A stretch of 29,428 nt of DNA from a virus (IMGVR_UViG_3300020045_010351:1-29428), one strand, 5' to 3'. Positions 10,516-17,455 are shown, counted from the first letter of the stretch. Made by a program: numbers and translations. Notes: generated by a model not told the origin, from the letters alone.

Positions 10516-10842
10516 ATGACGATTACGACTGAATCAAGGCGCGGTGACGCTTTCGCAAAAACGGTGGGGCTGGTTGATGATGTTGGAGCGCCTCTGGTAT
10601 TAGCTGATACCGATCTCGTGGCGCAGCTATACCGGCCTGACAAAACCATGCTGGCTCAATTAGTGGTAGCGTCTGACACAACGCCGGGGCAATATCTGCT
10701 TACTTATACCGGCTCAACTGCTGAGTGGCCGCTTGAACTGCTTAAATGCAATCTGTTTGATACGAGCGACGAGTCAAGCACTGACGCATTTTACGTGCAG
10801 ATCACCGAACAGATCAGCCGTGAAATTCCGGTGGTGCCATAA
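10516..10842 (+). CDS. Small tail accessory / fibre adaptor protein (BppU N-terminal-like)
   Basis: N-terminal RRGDxF pattern, about 110 aa beta-sandwich size, GAGGTG RBS, directly before a fibre-like gene. Confidence 0.5.
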   Translation: MTITTESRRGDAFAKTVGLVDDVGAPLVLADTDLVAQLYRPDKTMLAQLVVASDTTPGQYLLTYTGSTAEWPLELLKCNLFDTSDESSTDAFYVQITEQISREIPVVP

Positions 10843-11642
10843 TGCAAATAATCGCGGTATCGTTTCCTAAAAAAACGGTTATTACGGTTGCCAATACCGC
10901 AAAGCATGTCACTAGCGCCGACCTGACGCAGATTTTGCTAGACCTCGACGCTATTAACGGTGAAGTTATCGGCACTACGGCAGCAGAGAAAACAGATAAA
11001 ATTGAAGCAACGAAGCTTGCAATCGAAACAGCGATAGAAGCCGCAGGCGTTGATGTCCCATCGGGAACGGTATTTGCCGATTATCCCGATAAAATAACAG
11101 AAGCCGTAACCACCGCACAAAACGAATGTATGTTCTCGTTTAACGCTGCTAACGGCGCAGTTGTTCGCTACAACATGGCTAACGGCAATAAAGACGTTGT
11201 GATCCCTGACAGCATTGGCGGCGTTCCTGTTATCAGAGTCGCACAGCAGGCGTTTTATGGGCTTTATGTTGGCGAGGGACCGTTCTTCGTCGATAGTATT
11301 CACATGTCAGACAACATTGCCGTTTGCGATTTGCAGGCGTTTTTGTATTGTGGCGCAACGACAATGCGAATTTCTGAGAATGCAGGCTTTACCACCTTAC
11401 CACAACAGTTTTGCACGCCGTCTTTAGTCGAAGTTACCATACCAAACCAAATAACGACGATCGACACGATTGCGTTTCAGAGTTGCCCGATTATAAAAAT
11501 AATAATCCCGGCCAATGTTACCATTGCCGATGACGGCTCTATGGGTGCTTATGGTGCAGGATTCAGGGCGCTTTACAACGGCAACGGCCAATTAGCAGGA
11601 ACTTATGAGTATGCGGCCGGAATGTGGAGCAAAACCGCGTGA
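10842..11642 (+). CDS. BspA-type leucine-rich repeat (LRR_5) protein, candidate receptor-binding appendage
   Basis: DVVIPDSIGGVPV, VTIPNQITTIDTIAF and IIIPANVT repeats; N-terminal AIEAAGVDVPSGTVFADYPDKI segment resembling phage fibre anchors. Confidence 0.8.
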   Translation: MQIIAVSFPKKTVITVANTAKHVTSADLTQILLDLDAINGEVIGTTAAEKTDKIEATKLAIETAIEAAGVDVPSGTVFADYPDKITEAVTTAQNECMFSFNAANGAVVRYNMANGNKDVVIPDSIGGVPVIRVAQQAFYGLYVGEGPFFVDSIHMSDNIAVCDLQAFLYCGATTMRISENAGFTTLPQQFCTPSLVEVTIPNQITTIDTIAFQSCPIIKIIIPANVTIADDGSMGAYGAGFRALYNGNGQLAGTYEYAAGMWSKTA

Positions 11643-11920
11643 ACTACAGAACCCTAACAGATAACCCGCAAGCAACCGAATTGATTCAGGCGGTCAGAGA
11701 GCTGAGGCCCGCAAAACAGGTTGATAACTACGCCGCGTCATTGGAATACTTGCAGGCCGATAATGCCAGCTATTGCCAACTAATCGCGAAGTATGGGCCG
11801 GGGCAGGAGCCGCCGCCAATTAATCAGATGATGGATTTATCGCCTTACGTAGCATTTATGATTGGCATCTTGCTTGTGCTGCTGATAATCAAGGGGTTTT
11901 GTAAAACAACCAAGAAATAA
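11639..11920 (+). CDS. Hypothetical protein with a C-terminal transmembrane helix, 93 aa
   Basis: GTG start in a GTGA overlap with GGAG at 11626-11629; YVAFMIGILLVLLII followed by a basic tail. Confidence 0.6.
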   Translation: MNYRTLTDNPQATELIQAVRELRPAKQVDNYAASLEYLQADNASYCQLIAKYGPGQEPPPINQMMDLSPYVAFMIGILLVLLIIKGFCKTTKK

Positions 11921-11927
11921 TACAGTA

Positions 11928-11957
11928 TTGCCGGGTTGCAGCCATGTGCTGTATATT
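11928..11957 (+). promoter_or_regulatory. Putative sigma70 promoter for the exported-protein pair
   Basis: TTGCCG (11928-11933), 18 bp, TATATT (11952-11957) in a 71-bp intergenic gap of an otherwise tightly coupled region. Confidence 0.5.
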
Positions 11958-11991
11958 AATGGTGTGATTTAAATTCTAAGGAGAAAACAGG

Positions 11992-12456
11992 ATGAAACGA
12001 ATTTTTGTGACTCTTGCTCTGGTCATGGTTTCGGCGATGCTTTGCGCGTGGCCGGACTATACAGAAGTTCAGCGGCCGGGTAGTGCGATGCTTGGCTATG
12101 ATCTGGCGTCTAATACATGGCGGCCTATCGCTGTCAGTGGTGATGGTAAAATGGTATCTGATGCAGAATTTTCTGCGGCTGTGCCTGATGCGAACGGAAC
12201 TACCGTGGTATATTCAACCGCGTCAGCTCAGAACGTAGCGAGCATTGCAGACCGTGAATCAATCACTGTAGTCAATACCTCTGCAACTGAAACGCTATGG
12301 ATTAGCTTCGACGCTACTACCGCTTCAGCCGCCGTGGGATTATCAATCCCGGTTTACCCTTACGGCTCAAGAGGCGTAAAACTTAACTCTGCGAAAATCC
12401 TTTCGGTGGTGTCTGCAACCGCTGTAACGGCTATCGTTTATCAGGACGGTTTTTAA
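11992..12456 (+). CDS. Exported protein with Sec signal peptide, 154 aa
   Basis: MKR, hydrophobic core, LCA/W cleavage site; TAAGGAG RBS; beta-rich mature domain. Confidence 0.7.
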   Translation: MKRIFVTLALVMVSAMLCAWPDYTEVQRPGSAMLGYDLASNTWRPIAVSGDGKMVSDAEFSAAVPDANGTTVVYSTASAQNVASIADRESITVVNTSATETLWISFDATTASAAVGLSIPVYPYGSRGVKLNSAKILSVVSATAVTAIVYQDGF

Positions 12457-12457
12457 T

Positions 12458-12973
12458 ATGAAAAAACTCATCATATTGTTTTTCGTTCTGCTTGTCGCTT
12501 GCGCTTCGGCTCAGATGGAATCTGATACGCCGTTTGACCCGGGGGCTATGCGGAAAGATGGTTCTAATGCTGCTGCTGTTGTTGGAGTTAGTAGTATGGT
12601 TGCCAGTGTGAGCATTGAGGCACCAACATCAACTATCAAGCTGTTTACCGGCTATCTTCCTTGCGATATGCAGTCGGCTGGCTACGCAATAGGGATAGTT
12701 GACTCAGGCGTTGAGTCTGTAACGGTGTTAGGGTCTATTAGCGTTGCGACTCCTGTCGGAAGCTTATATATAACATCTGGTGCGGCGTCAGCCATAATAA
12801 ACATTTCTAATGGGGTTGCGGCTAAAACATCAGGAGCGTCAAGCATAACGAATACTAAAGATACCGGGGCAAGCCTTAATGTTTACGTCGAAAGTGGCAC
12901 CTTAAAAATACAAAATTTAACGGGTGTTGCGGTTGACGTTCGCGCGGGATTTTGGGGGATAAGGCTTATTTAA
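12458..12973 (+). CDS. Exported protein or lipoprotein, 171 aa
   Basis: MKKLIILFFVLLVAC carries an LVAC lipobox and also an ASA/Q signal peptidase I site; Ser/Thr/Gly-rich beta mature region. Confidence 0.7.
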   Translation: MKKLIILFFVLLVACASAQMESDTPFDPGAMRKDGSNAAAVVGVSSMVASVSIEAPTSTIKLFTGYLPCDMQSAGYAIGIVDSGVESVTVLGSISVATPVGSLYITSGAASAIINISNGVAAKTSGASSITNTKDTGASLNVYVESGTLKIQNLTGVAVDVRAGFWGIRLI

Positions 12974-12975
12974 AA

Positions 12976-13050
12976 ATGAAATCCCTAACAACCCTGCTAA
13001 CCCAACTCTACTGTTTTCTCGGCCTCTCAAGGCCAGCAATTAACAATTAA
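12976..13050 (+). CDS. 24-aa micro-ORF MKSLTTLLTQLYCFLGLSRPAINN, paralogous to the N-terminus of the 13816 peptidase; possibly a relic
   Basis: Translated by hand; fills the gap between two genes; shares QLxxFLGxxRPA with the 13816 protein. Confidence 0.45.
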   Translation: MKSLTTLLTQLYCFLGLSRPAINN

Positions 13051-13061
13051 GGAAAATCAAA

Positions 13062-13430
13062 ATGACAATGGAAAACTTTATAACAATTTCAGGATGGATA
13101 GTGGCCGCATTAACAGGCATCAGGCTTGTGTATAACGGCTACAAGGCCGGTAAGAGCGTAGCTGAAATAGTTACAATTTTGGTCAATACACTCAAAGATG
13201 AATCAAAAATGGTTGACGGCCAATTCTCACCGGCAACGCTTCAGAAGGCTCAGGACGTGGCCAATACAATCAGTGCCGATTCGGTAGCTGTCGAGCAGGT
13301 TAAACAGGTGCTTAAAGGCCGGGAAACTGATATTAAGCTTGGTTCATATAAGGGCAAGCCGGTTTACCTGTCTGATGCAATCGGGTTCAGCTCAATAGCT
13401 CAGGGCATATTCAAGATATTCAGAAAATGA
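13062..13430 (+). CDS. Membrane-anchored hypothetical protein (holin-like candidate), 122 aa
   Basis: N-terminal hydrophobic helix and basic amphipathic C-terminus; near the lysis genes. Confidence 0.45.
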   Translation: MTMENFITISGWIVAALTGIRLVYNGYKAGKSVAEIVTILVNTLKDESKMVDGQFSPATLQKAQDVANTISADSVAVEQVKQVLKGRETDIKLGSYKGKPVYLSDAIGFSSIAQGIFKIFRK

Positions 13431-13819
13431 CCAGAAGCAAGCAGGCTCAGGAAGCCTTAGACAACTACATGAAGCCAGACGATAGGCCATTTACATTCGA
13501 CATTACCAAGATCAGGCCAATGTTTTACCACTTTGGCAGCACAGTCCATTGCTCCTGCTATATGACGATTGAAAACAAGGCGCATATCCGTTGCCCATAT
13601 TACAAGCAAACAGCCACAAACTGCCCAGATCATCAATGCGAGCATGGCGGCGGCACAATGGATGGGAACTGGTGTGGCCCGTATTATCGCTATTTGCATC
13701 GTATTGGTAAGTTCGACGAAAACCTTGCAAAGCTTTATGAAATATTTCTTGAAGATCCTGAGTGGCATGGTTGCAAACTGACATTTATAAACGAAAACGG
13801 CAAGAGGGAGATTGTGTGA
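13427..13819 (+). CDS. Cys/His-rich hypothetical protein, 130 aa
   Basis: Overlapping start/stop on both sides; seven Cys and several His; family not recognised. Confidence 0.55.
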   Translation: MTRSKQAQEALDNYMKPDDRPFTFDITKIRPMFYHFGSTVHCSCYMTIENKAHIRCPYYKQTATNCPDHQCEHGGGTMDGNWCGPYYRYLHRIGKFDENLAKLYEIFLEDPEWHGCKLTFINENGKREIV

Positions 13820-14361
13820 ATATTATAAAAAAACTATTCCAACAACTCTGGTATTTTCTCGGCGCTCCAAGGCCAGCCACGGAAGACCAGAAAAATGAAA
13901 AACATGTTTCGATGCGTGAGGCTCGTGACTGCTTAGTAGCCGCAATCGCAACCCTTTGCGGGGTAACCTACGAGCAATCATACCGCGCCTGCTGGCACTG
14001 GAACTTGATATTTTTTCTTGAATCGCCGTTGCTTGCTAACCCGTTGAACGCAATTAGAGCTATTAAATCACTTGGCTTCAGTGTTGACGACTCCATAGAC
14101 TTTGACCGACTCAACAGCGGAACCCTGCCAGCGGGCAAGGTCCTCGTGCTGGTCCATGACTACAAAAACAAGTTACCATTTCAGCTCGGGGCCACTCTTG
14201 CGCAACATTGGATTGTGTGGGGTGGCCTTGATTCTACCGGCAACCATATTTGCCATTGGGGTGACGGGCAACCGCCGCACATTGTTTGCGCTGCTGAGAT
14301 GCGGTCTTATGTCAAGGCGGGCTGGCCGAATTGCATCATTCTTGCTACGAAAAACGAATAA
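13816..14361 (+). CDS. Papain-like cysteine peptidase (C39-like), 181 aa
   Basis: DCLVAAIA (Cys at helix start) and QHWIVWGG (His before a beta strand), downstream WGD; GTG start in a GTGA overlap with GAGGGAG RBS. Confidence 0.6.
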   Translation: MNIIKKLFQQLWYFLGAPRPATEDQKNEKHVSMREARDCLVAAIATLCGVTYEQSYRACWHWNLIFFLESPLLANPLNAIRAIKSLGFSVDDSIDFDRLNSGTLPAGKVLVLVHDYKNKLPFQLGATLAQHWIVWGGLDSTGNHICHWGDGQPPHIVCAAEMRSYVKAGWPNCIILATKNE

Positions 14362-14380
14362 AATAACTGGAGGTTTAATC

Positions 14381-14452
14381 ATGGAATTATTACTTCACGC
14401 CTTCTGTATCATCGGGCTTTCTGCTACAATAATCAGAATTACTTACCTTTAA
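14381..14452 (+). CDS. 23-aa single-helix hydrophobic peptide MELLLHAFCIIGLSATIIRITYL
   Basis: GGAGG at 14369-14373, 7 nt before the ATG; fits the gap between peptidase and holin. Confidence 0.55.
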   Translation: MELLLHAFCIIGLSATIIRITYL

Positions 14453-14473
14453 ATCTTCCGATCTGGAGACTTT

Positions 14474-14791
14474 ATGCCCTCGATAGAAAAATTATCGCTT
14501 CAAATGATTGTTGATAACTGCACGCCGAACTTAATTGGGGCAGTGATTGTGTTCCTGCTGACCGTGTGGTTGATTCTGAAGATAAACAAGCTTGTCGGCA
14601 GCGTTCAAAGCATTATAGAGGTTCTCGTTTCCAGTGTTCATACTTTAGAAAAACAGCAGCGCAAGGGTGAACAGATAATAACCGCTTTGCCTTGCGTCCA
14701 AAAGGCGAATGCGACATGGTTACAGGATCCACAGAGAAACGGTGGCCAGCCTCCGGAAAAAATAACTTGCCCGTCAGGAGAGAGACAATGA
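14474..14791 (+). CDS. Putative holin
   Basis: One strong TM helix followed by a coiled coil; stop overlaps the endolysin start (ATGA). Confidence 0.6.
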   Translation: MPSIEKLSLQMIVDNCTPNLIGAVIVFLLTVWLILKINKLVGSVQSIIEVLVSSVHTLEKQQRKGEQIITALPCVQKANATWLQDPQRNGGQPPEKITCPSGERQ

Positions 14792-15324
14792 ACATCATTA
14801 AACGCTCTGAATGGGATAATTCCAGTTTTAAACCGAAATACACCAAGCACAAACCATCCGGTATTTGCCTGCACCATAGCGCCACGCCGACAACGGCACA
14901 GTGGAAAGGCATTCAGACTGTCCGGTCTATACTCGGAAACCATACCGCAATCAGAAAGTTTTCTGACATTGGCTACCACTTTATCATCAGCCCGGACGGT
15001 CAGAATTGCTACGAATGCAGGCCGGTAGATGTTCAAGGTGCTCATTGCGGCGGCACCCCACCAAAAGGCGTTTCTCGTGTTTTCGGCAACACCGGAATGA
15101 TTGGTATCTGCCTGATTGGGAACTATGATACCGAAGAGCCAAGCCGCGTTGCTATGGATAATATTGCAAGATTGATTGCTGATCTGTGTGAGAAACACGG
15201 TATTGATACCAAGCGTATTTACGGGCACTGTGAGGCGTGGTCAAAGCCTCCGAAAACTTGCCCAGGCAAAAAACTGTTTACTGCAATGTTTGGAGAAAAC
15301 AGGTGGAAAGCATTAAAATTCTAA
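14788..15324 (+). CDS. Endolysin, N-acetylmuramoyl-L-alanine amidase (Amidase_2 / PGRP / T7 lysozyme-like), 178 aa
   Basis: LHHSA, DIGYHF, GAH, IGICLIGNY, YGH and KTCPG motifs; start moved to ATG 14788 with AGGAG RBS. Confidence 0.93.
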   Translation: MNIIKRSEWDNSSFKPKYTKHKPSGICLHHSATPTTAQWKGIQTVRSILGNHTAIRKFSDIGYHFIISPDGQNCYECRPVDVQGAHCGGTPPKGVSRVFGNTGMIGICLIGNYDTEEPSRVAMDNIARLIADLCEKHGIDTKRIYGHCEAWSKPPKTCPGKKLFTAMFGENRWKALKF

Positions 15325-15467
15325 CGTTAGGCGGCATTACCCTTGTCGAAGCACTCAAAACCGTTAAAAACATCGCAGACCGTTACGAGCGACAAATGCA
15401 GCTCCTTGAAACCGTTGCCAGAATCGACAAAATACGACGCGCGGATCAGGAACGTGGGCGGCCTTAA
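15303..15467 (+). CDS. Small helical protein, 54 aa (MESIKILTLGG...QERGRP)
   Basis: GTG at 15303 with GGAG at 15292-15295; overlaps the endolysin end; amphipathic helical pattern. Confidence 0.45.
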   Translation: MESIKILTLGGITLVEALKTVKNIADRYERQMQLLETVARIDKIRRADQERGRP

Positions 15468-15543
15468 GCAGTGTGTTTGTGGCGGTGTATACTGGTTGAT
15501 TGATGATTATGAAATTTGCGGCGATTGCAGGATTAAGCGTTGA
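15454..15543 (+). CDS. Possible 29-aa zinc-ribbon microprotein (CxC...CxxC)
   Basis: C-terminal part of ORF 15343..15543; GTG at 15454; start uncertain. Confidence 0.3.
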   Translation: MGGLKQCVCGGVYWLIDDYEICGDCRIKR

Positions 15544-15568
15544 CATCTGATTTATCGTCTGATATATT
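15540..15568 (+). promoter_or_regulatory. Strong sigma70-type promoter with extended -10
   Basis: TTGACA (15540-15545), 17 bp, TATATT (15563-15568), with TG at 15560-15561. Confidence 0.8.
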
Positions 15569-15574
15569 TATCTC

Positions 15575-15655
15575 AACGCATTTCTGACTCCTTAGCGACA
15601 AGCGGCCTGACTACCCGCAAAAAACCCCGCCTTATACTCGGCGGGGTTTTTGTTT
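15575..15655 (+). ncRNA. Candidate small RNA of about 80 nt with an anti-SD/anti-AUG loop
   Basis: Bounded by the promoter and the terminator; no ATG or GTG inside; three possible hairpins, with CUGACU in loops 1 and 2. Confidence 0.65.
15619..15651. terminator. Bidirectional intrinsic terminator between the convergent arms
   Basis: aaaaaa-ccccgcc-ttatactc-ggcgggg-ttttt; U tract on both strands. Confidence 0.92.
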
Positions 15656-15663
15656 GGAAGCAG

Positions 15664-15915
15664 TTATGGTCGGATTACTTGCAGGAAACCCGGCGGTTTC
15701 GTCTCGTCTCGGTGGATATGAATGCTTAATACATACCATTGGATGCGGCCTAACTTATGATCAATATCTGAACCCATATATTTATAGTCATCACCTCTGA
15801 CCATCAAATTAAAGTCTTGCTCCGAAATTACTATTCCTATCGGGGTAATATTGTTTGCCTTCAGCTCCAAGATTACCTTTCGAATATCTTCAACTTTTAT
15901 GTGCTTTTCTGTCAT
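15664..15915 (-). CDS. Hypothetical protein, 83 aa
   Basis: GAGG RBS; last gene before the terminator. Confidence 0.65.
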   Translation of the reverse strand: MTEKHIKVEDIRKVILELKANNITPIGIVISEQDFNLMVRGDDYKYMGSDIDHKLGRIQWYVLSIHIHRDETKPPGFLQVIRP

Positions 15916-15927
15916 TTCAACCTCACA

Positions 15928-16203
15928 TTAAGCGATTTTGTAAGCATTGCAAGCCGGAACGCCTGCACCGCGTTTGAATTTCTCGACTACTACCACTTCA
16001 TATTCAACCAGGTTAGCCATTTCAATTTCTACGGCATGCACTGCGTCTCCTGTGTGTTCTGCGATCGTTGGAACGGTCATAAATGCCTTATAGTGGCTCA
16101 GGACTTTGAGTATTCTGTCTTGCCTCCCGGCTTGAGTTCTTGGGGTCTTGCTTAGCAGTTTGGCCCAGAAAGGCGGTTGTGTTGAGAGTAGGTTGAGTCT
16201 CAT
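15928..16203 (-). CDS. Winged helix-turn-helix protein, 91 aa
   Basis: RILKVL...MTVPTIAEHTG...VEIEMANLVEYEVV pattern; ATG in an ATGA overlap at 16200-16203. Confidence 0.55.
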   Translation of the reverse strand: MRLNLLSTQPPFWAKLLSKTPRTQAGRQDRILKVLSHYKAFMTVPTIAEHTGDAVHAVEIEMANLVEYEVVVVEKFKRGAGVPACNAYKIA

Positions 16204-16733
16204 TTTGTGATCCAAACGGGCTTGCCGTCTTTCGCTTCCCACCAGCCAGAGGGCGTGTTGGTTGTGCCGTGGTATTGCTCGTTGCCAGCGAATTTAATCA
16301 TTTTTCGGTAGGGGACGGAATATGTTAAAAATTCTATGTTTTTAAGCGTTCTGGCAAATATCTTAACTTCCCAAGGGGCGTTACTGGAATCCCTGCAAAG
16401 AATTTTGTCGTCCAGCTTAATATCAAACACCGGTTCTGGTTTTTCGACCGTTGCAAGAAGGTCTAGGGCTTGTTGGAGGGTTAGTTCTGGCCTATCATCG
16501 CAAATAAAAATACGCACATCGTTGTTTGCAAAAAGGCCAGGATAGCGGCCGCCATTAAAATAAGCAAACGGGCGGCCCTTGTGCGTGATTCGCTGGCCGT
16601 CTGTCTCTGTCCGATCTAACTCTTTGCCCCACTCTCCACCCGCTGCGAATACTGCCTTCTGTAAAATCTCGCTTCTTTCCGGCATAAGCACCGCACATTT
16701 AAAAATTACATCACACAATTTAACTTTATTCAC
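16200..16733 (-). CDS. Hypothetical phage protein, about 177 aa
   Basis: GTG 16733 with AAGGAG RBS; C-terminal DKILCRD....W domain. Confidence 0.65.
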   Translation of the reverse strand: MNKVKLCDVIFKCAVLMPERSEILQKAVFAAGGEWGKELDRTETDGQRITHKGRPFAYFNGGRYPGLFANNDVRIFICDDRPELTLQQALDLLATVEKPEPVFDIKLDDKILCRDSSNAPWEVKIFARTLKNIEFLTYSVPYRKMIKFAGNEQYHGTTNTPSGWWEAKDGKPVWITK

Positions 16734-16923
16734 TGTTTCCGGCTCCTTGTATTTTCTGAAAAACTCTGTCAGCGCCAATTATCGGCGTGCAGGATTGTTC
16801 GGGTAAACGGCAAGACGCACCATTGAAGGGGCAGCCCCGGCAATCACTTATGGTTGGCCGCCTTGCTACCGCTTCGGCTCTTACGCCTCGATACTCATAA
16901 ATGTTTTCTGAGATTTTAATCAT
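16726..16923 (-). CDS. Small Cys-rich hypothetical protein
   Basis: CxGCxF...C...C; coupled to its neighbours; AAGGAG RBS. Confidence 0.6.
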   Translation of the reverse strand: MIKISENIYEYRGVRAEAVARRPTISDCRGCPFNGASCRLPEQSCTPIIGADRVFQKIQGAGNSE

Positions 16924-17294
16924 TAGTTTCTCCTTAGTATCACAATTTCAAATCTGGTAGTAGCAACGTCTGGCCTCCAATCATCTCTACCAAAACAAGG
17001 GTCTTTAGTTATACGAATAAAATCTTTATTAAGGGCGTGTTCGGCAATTGCCCGTATTAGTTGTTCTTTAGCATTCAGGAGAATACATTCTTGAAGATCT
17101 ACACGTTGCATTTTTTCTAACAAATCAGAAGATAAAACCTCGACTGTGATTGGAATAAGCCTTTTCCTGAGCGCTTTTAACTCTGCTTCCGCCGAAAATT
17201 GCTGCGCCCTGATGTTGTTTACTGTTAAGTGATGCTGCGTTTCTGATTTTTCAAGCTCTTTGATTCTTTGCCTGGCTCTTAATCGTTTTTTCAT
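16923..17294 (-). CDS. Hypothetical protein with N-terminal coiled coil
   Basis: Coupled start and stop on both sides. Confidence 0.6.
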   Translation of the reverse strand: MKKRLRARQRIKELEKSETQHHLTVNNIRAQQFSAEAELKALRKRLIPITVEVLSSDLLEKMQRVDLQECILLNAKEQLIRAIAEHALNKDFIRITKDPCFGRDDWRPDVATTRFEIVILRRN

Positions 17295-17455
17295 TTTTTG
17301 GCCTTCACCTGTTTAAGTAGTAGTCCAACGCAGCAATCACACAAATAACAATCATCGAATACTAATGGGATTTTTATTCCCCGGAAAATATAGCTAAAAC
17401 CCGTTCTTGGCGCAATCCCTACACCTCCACCGCAAATCAGGCATTTTTCGTTCAT
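17291..17455 (-). CDS. 54-aa zinc-ribbon protein (MNEKCLICGGG...YLCDCC), not in the ORF track
   Basis: Translated by hand; AAGGGAG RBS; CxxC...CxxC; ATGA overlap with the next gene. Confidence 0.6.
   Translation of the reverse strand: MNEKCLICGGGVGIAPRTGFSYIFRGIKIPLVFDDCYLCDCCVGLLLKQVKAKK

Larger units (their letters stand above)
13003..13877 (+). repeat. Imperfect 35-bp direct repeat, copies at 13003-13037 and 13843-13877
   Basis: caactctactgttttctcggcctctcaaggccagc versus caactctggtattttctcggcgctccaaggccagc: 28/35 identical, 840 bp apart. Confidence 0.8.

Noticed and set aside
10842-11920. Diversity-generating retroelement targeting the LRR or tail genes
   Set aside because: No reverse transcriptase and no adenine-mismatched TR/VR pair seen; the 13003/13843 repeat mismatches are not adenine-specific.
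14372-14383. GGTTTAAYCATG shared by three gene starts (3432, 14381, 26914)
   Set aside because: Explained by SD, an AT-rich spacer and ATG; too short to support a regulatory claim.
14381-14452. The 23-aa peptide and the sRNA as a type I toxin-antitoxin pair
   Set aside because: No complementarity found beyond a generic SD match, and the loci do not overlap.
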